64,000 nt of DNA from a virus, in IMG/VR virus record IMGVR_UViG_3300025728_000001, positions 21,817-85,816 of that record. The stretch is one strand, 5' to 3'. The notes beneath the pieces were generated by a model that was given only the letters and a program-made list of their open reading frames with translations, was not told the origin of the DNA and ran no database searches. Positions within the stretch are counted from its first letter, which is position 1. Each line of letters opens with the position of its first letter. Below are positions 1 to 9,737 of this stretch, piece by piece. Made by a program: the position numbers and the translations under genes.

Positions 1-186
1 GTACCGACCAAAATCACTTTGTTGACCCCGCGAGCCATAAAAGCCCCCTCCTGTTGTATCCCTATACGTGGTTCGGGTGTAGTAACCCGCTGTTGGCGCA
101 TAAGATAATGCCTTATCAGGATTTAAAACAGCGCTTTTGTGTCTGCATGGTTTAGTATCTAGGCCATATCGAACTGAATTAGGGCT

Positions 187-687
187 GTGAGGACAATGAA
201 CCTGGAAGTGTTTGAGGGGGCGGTGACCGACGAAGAGGCGGTGCAAGCCAGTTACCTGGAGCGACAGCGCCGGTTTTACCTGTACGTCGACTTGAAAGCC
301 GATGGCGTGCGCCTGGACTTGTTCCGGCACTTGCCGGAAAAGGAACTGCACACCCTGTCGAATCAGGTGAGCGTGGCGTGCAACGGCCGGACGGGAATCA
401 CCGAAAAGCTGGCCAGACGCTTGGAATACCTGATCGGGCTGCCTTTTGGCTTCTTTGACCACCCACTGCCTGAGCGTGAAATGCGGGCGTCCTTGGCCCG
501 CGGTACCCGGCTGGTGCGCAAGCTCGCCAAGTACGACCTTGATCCAGAGTGGACAAAGCGCAGCAAGAAGAAAATTGCTCAGGTTATGGAGGCGCCCAGC
601 GGGCAAAGAGGGGTATCAAAAGCCCTGTATCAGCAAGTGATCGAGGCGTTGCGCCCGAAAAAAGGCAGTGCGAACAAGGAAGTATAG
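187..687 (+). CDS. Putative HTH (repressor-like) DNA-binding protein
   Basis: ITEKLARRLEYLIGLPFGFFD resembles the C-terminal helices of XRE/CI-type HTH domains. Confidence 0.5.
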   Translation: MRTMNLEVFEGAVTDEEAVQASYLERQRRFYLYVDLKADGVRLDLFRHLPEKELHTLSNQVSVACNGRTGITEKLARRLEYLIGLPFGFFDHPLPEREMRASLARGTRLVRKLAKYDLDPEWTKRSKKKIAQVMEAPSGQRGVSKALYQQVIEALRPKKGSANKEV

Positions 688-1084
688 GGAGGGAGGAATG
701 TTAGACGGCCACCTTTCAGCTATGGTATACAGCACGCCGAATTGAGGTGATCCGCCTAACTCCCACTAAACAGGAGACGAAAAAAAAGAACCCTCCCCCG
801 CCAAGGTTTTAGGTTCTTTTTGACTACACACATGAAACAACAATCACCACGTCAATCCGTAAGCTTTCCTTGCTTACCCCGTGCTATCAGGCGATGGCGC
901 CAGGGGGATCTATTTTGTTGACGTCCCGAGTATACCACAGGCTCGGGATCTGCAAACTTTCCAGCCGATTCAACCAAGAATTTGATAACGACGTTTCCCT
1001 GAGCCGGCCCTTTGGCTGTGATCCTCAGCGCCCGTTTTTGTCCGTCACTTTTGCCGTCAGCATCCAATTTCAAGGGGGTGCTCG

Positions 1085-2098
1085 ATGAGCATCATTCGCG
1101 CCGCACGAAAATCCCAGTTCTACACCCTGCCTACCGCCACCATCGACGACGACCGACTGTCATGGGAGGCGCGCGGCCTGCTGATCTACCTGTTGAGCAA
1201 GCCAGACCATTGGATGGTGCAAGTTAAAGACCTGATCAATCGCACCCGGAACGCCATAGGCAAGTCTTCTGGCCGTGACAAGGTGTACACCATCCTCAAC
1301 GAGCTGCGCGCCGCTGGTTACATCATCCGGAGCTTCCAGCGTTGTGGTGGGAACTTCACGGGGATCGAGTACGAAGTGGCTGAAACAGCTGATTTAGAGG
1401 CTGGCGCGGAGTATGTCCGGAGCATTGAACAGAAGGGCCGGGCACCGTTTCCGGAAAACACGGAAACGGACTCATCGGCTGAGGATTCACCGTCAGCGTC
1501 TGCACCGTTTACGTCTAAGCCCGAAACATTAGATAGTACTGAAAGTGCAATTAAGATTGAAAAAGCAGTAAAACCTACCACCGACCCCCTGGACGAAAAA
1601 ACCGATCAGGATCAGGGCGCCGATATCGACTCAACGCTACCCGCTGATTACCCAAGTGATTACCCAGGACCGGCCAGCTCGATTTTCAGAGCCTGGCGGG
1701 CGTATGCCTTAGCGATTCGTGAGCGGTACAAGCTTTGGCCGGTCTACAACTCCAAAGTTGGCGGCTTGATGGGCAAAGCTGTTGTCCGCATCCAAGCCGC
1801 CACCCCCGCCGCCGTTACCCACTTTGTGAAGCTTGAATCAGCCCCGAGCCTGGTCGACAAGCTTCACCCTGTTACCGCGTTCCTCATGTACTGCGAGTCG
1901 TATGCCGTCAAGGCAGAGCTGGCTGCGCAAAGCAAAAAGCGAGCGGACAGGGCGGCGGTGGCCGTGCAAGAAGCCGAACGAGCCAGCGCCTCAGCGCCCC
2001 AGGCAAACGAAAACACTAAATCCACACCGTCGCCAGCCTCGGCCGGCGCCGCAGCCCTGAGCGCGCTCAAAACTCGCGTGGGCATCCCGAGCAAGTGA
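1085..2098 (+). CDS. Phage replication initiator (N-terminal winged HTH, replisome-organizer type)
   Basis: N-terminus DDRLSWEARGLLIYLLSKPDHW...NELRAAGYI is typical of phage Rep HTH proteins; low-complexity linker follows. Confidence 0.7.
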   Translation: MSIIRAARKSQFYTLPTATIDDDRLSWEARGLLIYLLSKPDHWMVQVKDLINRTRNAIGKSSGRDKVYTILNELRAAGYIIRSFQRCGGNFTGIEYEVAETADLEAGAEYVRSIEQKGRAPFPENTETDSSAEDSPSASAPFTSKPETLDSTESAIKIEKAVKPTTDPLDEKTDQDQGADIDSTLPADYPSDYPGPASSIFRAWRAYALAIRERYKLWPVYNSKVGGLMGKAVVRIQAATPAAVTHFVKLESAPSLVDKLHPVTAFLMYCESYAVKAELAAQSKKRADRAAVAVQEAERASASAPQANENTKSTPSPASAGAAALSALKTRVGIPSK

Positions 2099-2143
2099 TT
2101 CACCCGTAACCCCCAACACTCAATCGCCAGAGAGAAAACAACC

Positions 2144-2557
2144 ATGCGCCATTCAGGTAAAAACCCAACCAAAGCCCAAAACCAGTGGTTCAACGACGTT
2201 GCGGACATTTGCGGCTGCATCTGCTGCATATTGGACGGCTTCCCACGGGACTTTTCCGAGAACGCCCACGTTTCGATCCACCACTGTGACGGTCGCACCA
2301 AGCCCCACGCCCATTTCTTTGTGCTGCCGCTGTGCGCTGGCCACCACCAAAACGGCTATGGCCAGCGCCCTGGCATGTTGGCGGTTCACGGCCACAAAGC
2401 CCGCTGGATTGCGGAGTACGGCCGCGAAATCGAATTGGTGGGGATGTGTGTCCAGATGGTGGACGCCTCGGGCCGCGCGGTACCGGATGGCGTGCGGGCA
2501 CTGGTGACAGCATGGGAACAGAGCAATCACGAGTCGACAGAGGCCATTGCATGCTGA
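2144..2557 (+). CDS. ref: Ref-family RecA-dependent HNH-like nuclease (recombination enhancement function)
   Basis: CICC...IHH...LPLCAGHHQ zinc/HNH signature of P1 Ref-like proteins. Confidence 0.75.
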   Translation: MRHSGKNPTKAQNQWFNDVADICGCICCILDGFPRDFSENAHVSIHHCDGRTKPHAHFFVLPLCAGHHQNGYGQRPGMLAVHGHKARWIAEYGREIELVGMCVQMVDASGRAVPDGVRALVTAWEQSNHESTEAIAC

Positions 2558-2754
2558 GTACAGAGGACAGGGTGCTCACCAAGAGCACCAAGTCTTGCCG
2601 GTGTGGAAGCACCGCCCTGATTGAATTCCAGTCGCTCAACCGAAAGCGGTGTAGCGACTGCAACAAACTCATCTACTGGCCGCTCACCACGGGCCAGCAA
2701 CCACTCAACGGCCACCACCGGGCGGGCCGCAAGAACAAGGATCAACCCAAATGA
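2551..2754 (+). CDS. Small zinc-ribbon protein
   Basis: CRCG...CSDC; start at ATG 2551 overlaps the upstream stop; ATGA overlap with dut. Confidence 0.55.
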   Translation: MLSTEDRVLTKSTKSCRCGSTALIEFQSLNRKRCSDCNKLIYWPLTTGQQPLNGHHRAGRKNKDQPK

Positions 2755-3191
2755 AAGTAAGACGTATCGGTACCCACGATCTGCCCCTGCCTGAGCGCGC
2801 CAAGGCTCGCGACTTCGGTTATGACCTGCGCACTACCGCGGCCTTTACGATCCACCCTGGTCAGCGCCTAACAGTCCCGACCGGCTTCGCCTACGACTTC
2901 CTGGTCGATCAGGGCGCCATGATCTGGCCGCGCAGTGGATTGGCGGACCAGCACGGGATCGACACCCTGGCCGGTCTGGTCGACGGTGGCTATCAGGGTG
3001 AGGCGAAGGCGATCCTAATCAACCACGGCCATGAGCCGGTATCGTTTGAGGCGGGGGATAGAATCGCGCAGATGGTAATCATTACCCGCGTGTCACCGGC
3101 ATTTTTCAGTACCGAAATGGAAGAGGTCGAAGAGTTCACTACGGCCTCAGACCGTGGTGTCGGGGGCTTCGGCCACACTGGCGCCGCATAG
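2751..3191 (+). CDS. dut: Trimeric dUTPase
   Basis: Motifs GYDL, PRSG, GLVDGGYQGE, RIAQ, RGVGGFGHTG. Confidence 0.95.
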   Translation: MKVRRIGTHDLPLPERAKARDFGYDLRTTAAFTIHPGQRLTVPTGFAYDFLVDQGAMIWPRSGLADQHGIDTLAGLVDGGYQGEAKAILINHGHEPVSFEAGDRIAQMVIITRVSPAFFSTEMEEVEEFTTASDRGVGGFGHTGAA

Positions 3192-3325
3192 CTTTACCCG
3201 ATATTGTCCGGGGATATCTTTCTATCCCCGGACACAATCCATAAGTTTTATTCAAAAAAAGCTTTATAAAATTCAGGGCATAATGATAATCTTGCGTCCT
3301 CACCAAAACGCCAGAGATAAACCCA

Positions 3326-3682
3326 ATGCCCTCCCTCCCACTCATGTTTAGCCGGATGTCGGCGGACCTTTTAGCGCACCGCATGCGCTTCCTGGCCTGC
3401 CCTGAAATCCTGGCCGATCTGTACGACATCAACCCGCCGGCCGGGTTTGACCTTGAACGCTGGGCCGATACCGCTCGTGCGCTGACCGAGGATCTGCAAG
3501 CCGGTAAAGCCATTACCCCCGATCAAGCCACCATCGCGTTGCTGGTCGAGTCACTGGAGGGCAATAGCGTGATCGCCAAAGCCCCTATGAGTAGTCGTGC
3601 TGGCCTGATTCAAGTGGCAGCCATGATTGCAACCCGCCTTGAGCCCTATGCAGGCCGCTCGATTCATCCGGAGGTTCACTGA
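3326..3682 (+). CDS. Hypothetical protein
   Basis: ORF downstream of an AT-rich promoter region; coding-like composition. Confidence 0.6.
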   Translation: MPSLPLMFSRMSADLLAHRMRFLACPEILADLYDINPPAGFDLERWADTARALTEDLQAGKAITPDQATIALLVESLEGNSVIAKAPMSSRAGLIQVAAMIATRLEPYAGRSIHPEVH

Positions 3683-3683
3683 T

Positions 3684-4352
3684 ATGACCGTTCAACCCCT
3701 AATCCCGGTCGGCGGCAAGCCTGATTGGGTTGGCGCGATGGTGGGCAACGCCCGCTTTGAGTTCACCGCGCGTCTGTGTACCGGCAACGACAAGCTGCGC
3801 CTGATCGCCAAGCACCTGCCAACCTGCACCACGGCCGAGCTGGAGGTGTGCGCCGTCGGCAATTCCGACATGAATACCGCCCGTGTTGAGCTGTGCGAGA
3901 AACTGGTGGCGACCATGCTGCAAGAAGGCACGGTAGATCACGGTATTAGCCAGTTCGCCAAACTGCTGCGCTGTGAGTACGCCAATCGCCTGATTCAGGT
4001 CATTTCCAGCTATGGCCGGTTCTTCTTTTACTCCCGGTCGTGCGACAGCGTGGCGCGGCTGACCTTTGACCAGCGGGTTTACTTGCACGATGAGAAAGGC
4101 GCCACGATTGAGGTTAAGGCATCCAGCAAGTGGAAGGGGTTCAGCCACGGGGGCACGCTGCGCGATCTGGTGTTGCAGATGCGCAACTACGTGATGCGGG
4201 GTGAGCGTATCGACCCTGCCTATCTCGGGATCGATCGTCGGCTGGGCGGAAACATTTGGGGCTATCCGCCTGAGCAGATGCGCCTGTGTCGTGAGGCGGC
4301 GCAGCAGCTGCCGATTATCAACGTGGCTACCCCGCTGGAGTGTGCGGCATGA
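3684..4352 (+). CDS. Hypothetical phage protein (paralog of 25718..26176)
   Basis: GGAGG RBS before ATG 3684; C-terminal half aligns by eye with ORF 25718. Confidence 0.65.
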   Translation: MTVQPLIPVGGKPDWVGAMVGNARFEFTARLCTGNDKLRLIAKHLPTCTTAELEVCAVGNSDMNTARVELCEKLVATMLQEGTVDHGISQFAKLLRCEYANRLIQVISSYGRFFFYSRSCDSVARLTFDQRVYLHDEKGATIEVKASSKWKGFSHGGTLRDLVLQMRNYVMRGERIDPAYLGIDRRLGGNIWGYPPEQMRLCREAAQQLPIINVATPLECAA

Positions 4353-4498
4353 GCATTCACCAAGGGCCAAAGCCGTTTGGCCATATCAGCGTTAAGTCCG
4401 TGTGTGATGAGTGTGGGCGCGCCCGTAGCAGCGGTAACCATGCGAAGTGCAGCAAGAAGCGCCAAGTTCGCACCGCCTCGCTGAGGGCTGGACAATGA
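4349..4498 (+). CDS. Small Cys/His zinc-finger protein (49 aa, not in ORF track)
   Basis: MSIHQ...CDECGRARSSGNHAKCSKKR; ATGA overlaps at both ends. Confidence 0.55.
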   Translation: MSIHQGPKPFGHISVKSVCDECGRARSSGNHAKCSKKRQVRTASLRAGQ

Positions 4499-4938
4499 CC
4501 GCCTCTGTCGCGCCAGCGCTGGCGCCGGTCTTGACCGCCGCGGAACAGGATCAGATCGAAGCCGCCGCCCTGCAAAGCTGGCTGGTGGGTAATGCCCGCT
4601 CTATCCGCCCGGTGGCCCGCGTTGGGCTGATGGGCTGGGCGCTGGCGGCGCTCAAGGCCAACCCGGCAGTGGCTGAGCTGCATATCCTTGAAGAGGTCTG
4701 CGCCTTCTACGCGAACGACGAAGACACTTTCAACGGTGAAGGCGGGGAGCCTTTCGGCTCGATCCCTACTGAGGTCGGCATGAAAGCCCGCCAGGCGCGC
4801 GAACGGTTCATTGAGCGGGAAGAGCGCACGAACACCAGCGGCCAGGCCCATTGCCCTAACTGCGGCGTCTGCCACACGAGTGACGAAACCTGCGTTATAG
4901 CGCTTAAGCGTTTTAACTCTTTAGAGTCAGGTGAATGA
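4495..4938 (+). CDS. Hypothetical protein with C-terminal CxxC-H-C motif
   Basis: Translationally coupled; CPNCGVCH. Confidence 0.55.
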   Translation: MTASVAPALAPVLTAAEQDQIEAAALQSWLVGNARSIRPVARVGLMGWALAALKANPAVAELHILEEVCAFYANDEDTFNGEGGEPFGSIPTEVGMKARQARERFIEREERTNTSGQAHCPNCGVCHTSDETCVIALKRFNSLESGE

Positions 4939-5321
4939 CGCGCCGGCCCGAAGTGCAGACCGACATGTTTGCCATGCCGGCGCCCGAGCAGCCGAAGCCG
5001 GTACCAGAAAGCCCGGTACCGGTGGCCAGCGAGGAAAGCCGGGCACTCAATGCGGTGTATGGCGAGTACCTGGAGCACAGCGTGCGCTATTACGTGCTGG
5101 ATTCGCCTGTGGTGCTGGATGGGTACTTCGACAAGCTCTGCAAGACGCTGCTGGCGGGCTGGGAGCTGGTCACGCACCGATACAAGGACATGTGCGATGA
5201 GTCGGCGCTGTCGGCGGGGACGGGGTTTCAAGTGCCGTTCCACAAGTTGGACCCCATCGTCTGGCTTTGCCGTCAGCACCCCGGAACCCCACTCAAAGAC
5301 ATTTACGGAAGCCACCCATGA
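4935..5321 (+). CDS. Stand-alone NAD-dependent DNA ligase subdomain Ia-like protein
   Basis: HSVRYYVLDSPVVLDGYFDKL matches the LigA N-terminal YY-x2-D-P-x2-D-x2-[YF]D motif. Confidence 0.65.
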   Translation: MTRRPEVQTDMFAMPAPEQPKPVPESPVPVASEESRALNAVYGEYLEHSVRYYVLDSPVVLDGYFDKLCKTLLAGWELVTHRYKDMCDESALSAGTGFQVPFHKLDPIVWLCRQHPGTPLKDIYGSHP

Positions 5322-5917
5322 ATAACCAAGTCACCCCAGCTGGCGCCATCGTTCGCCATAACGCCACCTCCCTGCGCTTTGCCACTGGCGACCTGGCCAA
5401 GGCCGAGTTTGTGGACGCCAAGCTGTTGGACGAAGCCCTGGCGCGTATTGCCGAGCTGGAAGAGGCCCGGCCCGCGGCTCTGCGCCAGGTGTATGACCTG
5501 ATCGGCCTGCACTACAGCCACCCGGTATCGGTTCTGCTGGAAAATTTCAAAAACATCAAGCGGTTTTCCGACCTTCTGCACGCCGTGGAGCGTGAGTTTT
5601 TCATGGTGCCGGGTGAGCCAAGCGACGAGCCCGAGGACGAAGGTGCGCCGGTTGACGACGATTGCCTGTTGAATTGCTGGGGATCGAGCCAAGAGCAGTA
5701 CCTTGAGCAGTTCCGTCTCGCGCTGCTGATGCTTTCCAAGCCAGCAGGGGAAGCGGTGGCCCATATCCAGTTTGGCGAGGTTGATTCGGGCGAGATTGGC
5801 GATTACGAGATTGAGCCCAACCGTAAGGTCTGTGACGCCTTGAACGTGGCGGACAACGGGAATGCGTCGATCTATGACCTTTACCTGTTCCCCCGCCAGG
5901 ATGCCGCCGCGCAATGA
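5318..5917 (+). CDS. Hypothetical phage protein
   Basis: ATGA-coupled ORF in operon. Confidence 0.6.
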   Translation: MNNQVTPAGAIVRHNATSLRFATGDLAKAEFVDAKLLDEALARIAELEEARPAALRQVYDLIGLHYSHPVSVLLENFKNIKRFSDLLHAVEREFFMVPGEPSDEPEDEGAPVDDDCLLNCWGSSQEQYLEQFRLALLMLSKPAGEAVAHIQFGEVDSGEIGDYEIEPNRKVCDALNVADNGNASIYDLYLFPRQDAAAQ

Positions 5918-6060
5918 CCACGCACCTGGTTTGGTTCGCGCCTCAGTACGGCAATCCCGGCTGCTGGCGCGAATGCACCGTTGACCGCTTTGGCGTGTGG
6001 CGTGGCCCTACCGGCTCCTACATCCCGGCCCCAAGCCCTGATCGAGTGAAGAAGAAATGA
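5914..6060 (+). CDS. Small hypothetical protein (48 aa)
   Basis: ATGA coupling at both ends. Confidence 0.45.
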   Translation: MTTHLVWFAPQYGNPGCWRECTVDRFGVWRGPTGSYIPAPSPDRVKKK

Positions 6061-6191
6061 GCAACTGCGACTGGAACAGCGCAGACCGCAACCGGGAGCT
6101 TGCCCGCGAGCGTGCTGAGCGTAGCGACCCTTTCCACCCAATACGTCGCTCCAAGGGCGAAAAGCACCGCAATAGGAAGGCGCGCAAATGA
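6057..6191 (+). CDS. Small basic hypothetical protein (44 aa)
   Basis: ATGA coupling at both ends. Confidence 0.45.
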   Translation: MSNCDWNSADRNRELARERAERSDPFHPIRRSKGEKHRNRKARK

Positions 6192-6583
6192 AAGCACTGA
6201 CAATTCGCCAGCCGTGGGCATGGCTGATCATCCACGGCGGCAAGGACATCGAAAACCGCTCGTGGCACACCAAGTTTCGCGGGCGCTTCCTGGTGCATGC
6301 CGCCAAGGGCATGACAAGGGACGAATACGCCGACGGCTACAAGTTCGCCCTGGAATGCGGCATTACCGACCTGCCGCGCTTCGGTGAGCTGCAACGGGGC
6401 GGGATTATCGGCTCTGTGGAGCTGGTCGACAGCCTGGACCATAGCGATTCGCCTTGGTACATGGGGCAAAAGGCCTTTGTCCTGCGCGAGCCTCGGTTCC
6501 TGCCGTTCACCGCCTACAAAGGGCAGCTTCAATTCTTCGAAGTGTCGAACGCCCTACTGCCGCACGGAGCTGCAAATGTCTGA
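6188..6583 (+). CDS. ASCH domain protein
   Basis: ALTIRQPWAWLIIHGGKDIENRSW, GxKxxExR ASCH signature. Confidence 0.9.
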   Translation: MKALTIRQPWAWLIIHGGKDIENRSWHTKFRGRFLVHAAKGMTRDEYADGYKFALECGITDLPRFGELQRGGIIGSVELVDSLDHSDSPWYMGQKAFVLREPRFLPFTAYKGQLQFFEVSNALLPHGAANV

Positions 6584-7205
6584 CGTCGAGTTTCTATTGC
6601 AAGACTCCCGCGGCAACACCGGTGACCGTCTGATGTTTTGGGCAGCTGGCGGCGGGTACACGACGAACCTGGACGCGGCGCAGCGCTATACCAAGGAAGA
6701 GGCGGCCAGTCAGAACGAAAGCCGGGAGTCTGACCTGCCTTGGCCGCTGGCGTACCTGGTCGAGCGCATGGAGCTGGCGATTGATTGCCAGTACTTGAAG
6801 CCAGAAGCCGTGGATGCCGGCATGCAGACCGCCGAGCGTGGCTACCTGTACGCGGGCGGTACCTGGAATGGGAACGACCTGTGCTGGCTAACCGATGACG
6901 GCAATATCACCAGCGATTTCAGGAGGGCGCACGCCTTCCCGATGAACATCGCCAAGAGCATGGCCGCTCCGAAGCACCACAACGTGCATTTGGCACCGGC
7001 CGACCTTGTTGAGTCACTGGCGCGCAAGGTGGTGGCCGCCGGCAACGTAAAGCACAAGGAAGCACTGAGAGGAACGGGGATTATCCTGACCAAGCCCCCG
7101 AAGCTCAGGGTATTCCGCGACCGCTGCGGCAACTGCGGGGTGTTTATCTCCGACGCCCAGCGCTTCCAGGACTGCCCCAAGTGCGGCGGTAGCAACGCGC
7201 CCTGA
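6576..7205 (+). CDS. Hypothetical protein with internal repeat and C-terminal zinc ribbon
   Basis: Repeats GDRLMFW/GNDLCWL; CGNCG...CPKCG. Confidence 0.6.
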   Translation: MSDVEFLLQDSRGNTGDRLMFWAAGGGYTTNLDAAQRYTKEEAASQNESRESDLPWPLAYLVERMELAIDCQYLKPEAVDAGMQTAERGYLYAGGTWNGNDLCWLTDDGNITSDFRRAHAFPMNIAKSMAAPKHHNVHLAPADLVESLARKVVAAGNVKHKEALRGTGIILTKPPKLRVFRDRCGNCGVFISDAQRFQDCPKCGGSNAP

Positions 7206-7296
7206 TACAGCCACGTAAAAGCGCTATAACATCTTAACGGCAAAGCGCCATAACGCTTTGCCGTTTTTGGTTGAGTCGAAGAAAGGGCGGTGCGTC

Positions 7297-8037
7297 ATGC
7301 TTGAGGTAATAGGGACAATTCGAATGAAGCGCTTCGCGGCCAACACGGCGGGCCGGGATTTTGCTGTGGGCGATATCCACGGCCATTTCACCCGGCTGCA
7401 AAAGGCACTGGACGCGGTGGGGTTTGATCCGGAGCGCGACCGGCTATTCAGTGCGGGCGATCTGGTGGACCGTGGCCCGGAGTGTCGCGACGTTCTGGAG
7501 TGGCTGGCCAAGTCCTGGTTTCACCCGGTGCGCGGCAACCATGACGACTACGTGTGTCGCTTCGATACGTGCGATGTCGACAACTGGATCTATAACGGCG
7601 GCTCGTGGTTCGCGGGGCTGTCGCTGTTCGAACAGAAAGAGTTCGCCGTCCAGTTTGCCGAAATCCCTATCGCCATTGAGGTCGAGACAGCCGGCGGCCT
7701 GGTGGGGGTGGTTCACGCTGATTGTCCATTCCCGTCGTGGGATCGATTGCGCGATGAGCTGGAATCGCCGGAGAGCAAGAAGCGCCTGCGCCTGGTGCAC
7801 AACACCTGTATGTGGTCACGCAAGCGCGTAGAGGAAGGCGACACGACACCTGTGGAAGGCGTGCGGGCGCTGGTGGTCGGTCACAGCCCGCTACGGTCGC
7901 CGTTGGTGCTGGGTAACGTCCATCACATCGACACGGGCGGCTGGCGCAGTGACTGGGGGCATTTCACCCTGCTCGACTTGTCCACGCTGGCCACGTTCCC
8001 CGCGGCACTCCCAACGCTGCTGCCTGACTGGGAATAA
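7297..8037 (+). CDS. Ser/Thr protein phosphatase (lambda NinI/PphA-like metallophosphoesterase)
   Basis: GDIHG, GDLVDRG, RGNHD, GHSP, IDTG motifs. Confidence 0.92.
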   Translation: MLEVIGTIRMKRFAANTAGRDFAVGDIHGHFTRLQKALDAVGFDPERDRLFSAGDLVDRGPECRDVLEWLAKSWFHPVRGNHDDYVCRFDTCDVDNWIYNGGSWFAGLSLFEQKEFAVQFAEIPIAIEVETAGGLVGVVHADCPFPSWDRLRDELESPESKKRLRLVHNTCMWSRKRVEEGDTTPVEGVRALVVGHSPLRSPLVLGNVHHIDTGGWRSDWGHFTLLDLSTLATFPAALPTLLPDWE

Positions 8038-8173
8038 CTACAAGGAGTTAAGGCGTTAAAACGTTAATGACACATTAGCGCTTTTATGTAATTATGCCGT
8101 CACTCCGCCAGAGATAAGGATTACCCCCCCATGAACGATTACCCCGCAACGGCTCCCGGCCAGGAGCACGCAA

Positions 8174-8524
8174 ATGGCTGAATACATGCACATTACCCGC
8201 GAGCTGCTGCAAGGGCTGTATGAGGATCTTGAGCGCGCCGTGCCCGAAATGCCGTCTTTGAAGTCTGACGCCGGCGCCCGTCGCAACTTGATTCGCCTCA
8301 TTCTGGCCCGCCAGCCGTCCGAGCATGTCCGCCCGATTCCGACCACTACGGAGGAACTGGCGGAACAAGCGAAAGCAACGGCCGAACGCCTGCGTCATGC
8401 CGAGCGTTTGTTGCACCGAAGCCTGCCGTTGATCGTCGAAGGTGGGCGCTATATCGAGGCCGGTTCGGTGACTGAATCGGTAGAACGGTTCCTGAAAACT
8501 GCATACCGTGGGGGTGAGGAATGA
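8174..8524 (+). CDS. Hypothetical protein
   Basis: AGGAG RBS; helical ORF. Confidence 0.55.
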   Translation: MAEYMHITRELLQGLYEDLERAVPEMPSLKSDAGARRNLIRLILARQPSEHVRPIPTTTEELAEQAKATAERLRHAERLLHRSLPLIVEGGRYIEAGSVTESVERFLKTAYRGGEE

Positions 8525-9390
8525 GCACATCAAACGGACCAGTCCGCCACGACATCATGTTCAGCATGTCCGCCGCGAGCCATGAGCGCGTGAATCTGCT
8601 ACTGAGCCAGTGCGGCCACCAAAACCTCAATCTGTTGCTGGCGCGTGGTCTGGCGCTGGTGCAATGGGTTGAGGATCAGCAAGACCTTGGCCGCACCATT
8701 GGCGCCGTGATTTATGGCGATGAGGGGGTAGACGTCGCGGAACTGGAAGAGCGCCCGGAGCTGTTGAAGCCCCAGCCGCGGCCCCAGTCGCTGACGCAAC
8801 CCAAGGCCGTCACCCCTGCGCCAGAGCCTGAGCTGGCGCCGGTGGTGGAGCCAACCCCAGCCCCAAAGCCTGAGCCGGTGGCTACCCCTGCGCCGGTGAT
8901 CGATCCGGCCAAGCTGGTGGCGCGCCCAAAGACGCCGCCGCCGGTAACGCAGCCGAAATACCGCGCCCCAAGTGGCCGTGAGCAGGTATTGCGCGCCCAT
9001 ATCCCCAATGACCAAGGCCCGGTAAAGACTCATACGTGGGTGGCATGGCGCTGCAAGATGGATAAGCGCCTGCCGCCGATCCTCATTGGTGATGACCGTG
9101 CGCTACCGGGTGAGCTGAGCCTTGAGCACCTTCCAGAGCTTGAGCGCATGCTGGTGGACGCTCGCCACGCCACGCACTTCCAACTGACTAAAGAGAACTA
9201 CCTTGCCTATTACGCCTTCCAGCATGGCAATGGAAAGCGCGGCGGCTGGTGCTATGTCGAAGAAGACTCGATGCAGCTGCGCAAGGATGACCATTGCGAC
9301 AGCGGGATGTTTGCGATTTTCCCGGTGGTGATGGCGGTCGAGTACTTGCGCCGCCTGACCAATCCACGGGCGTCGGTGGCCAGCGCATGA
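8521..9390 (+). CDS. Hypothetical protein with RHH-like N-terminus and Pro-rich linker
   Basis: Coupled ORF; PEP/PAP-rich centre. Confidence 0.55.
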   Translation: MSTSNGPVRHDIMFSMSAASHERVNLLLSQCGHQNLNLLLARGLALVQWVEDQQDLGRTIGAVIYGDEGVDVAELEERPELLKPQPRPQSLTQPKAVTPAPEPELAPVVEPTPAPKPEPVATPAPVIDPAKLVARPKTPPPVTQPKYRAPSGREQVLRAHIPNDQGPVKTHTWVAWRCKMDKRLPPILIGDDRALPGELSLEHLPELERMLVDARHATHFQLTKENYLAYYAFQHGNGKRGGWCYVEEDSMQLRKDDHCDSGMFAIFPVVMAVEYLRRLTNPRASVASA

Positions 9391-9737
9391 ACGGCCGCCT
9401 GCATTGCGCCTTTGAGGCGTTCGTGATCGATCAGCACAGTGCGCAGATGAAGGGCGCCGGGCACCAGTTCACCGAGGCGATGCGCCAGCACATGGTCAAA
9501 ATACTTGAGCATGGGCGTCCGTTTTACAGCTTTATCGAAGGTGGTGAGCAGTGGCCCGCGTTCGAAGCGGCTTGGAACCTTTCGCGTGAGGCGCTGGTGA
9601 TTACGTTGCCGGCGCGTGCTCTACCGATCCTGTACCAAGATCGTCCGATTTTCAGCATGAACGGCGAAGGCCGAAACGCGGCGCTGGATGAGGTCCGCAC
9701 CATTATCGAATCCGAGGGAGTGACCGTAAGTGGATAA
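9387..9737 (+). CDS. Hypothetical phage protein
   Basis: ATGA-coupled; C-terminal module shared with ORFs 18249 and 19040. Confidence 0.55.
   Translation: MNGRLHCAFEAFVIDQHSAQMKGAGHQFTEAMRQHMVKILEHGRPFYSFIEGGEQWPAFEAAWNLSREALVITLPARALPILYQDRPIFSMNGEGRNAALDEVRTIIESEGVTVSG

Noticed and set aside
93-125. dif/Xer-like site (GCGCATAA...TTAT)
   Set aside because: The spacer is too long and the right arm does not match the XerD consensus TTATGTTAAAT.
8770-8960. Pro-rich PEP/PAP repeats as a DNA repeat element
   Set aside because: Ordinary low-complexity protein linker.
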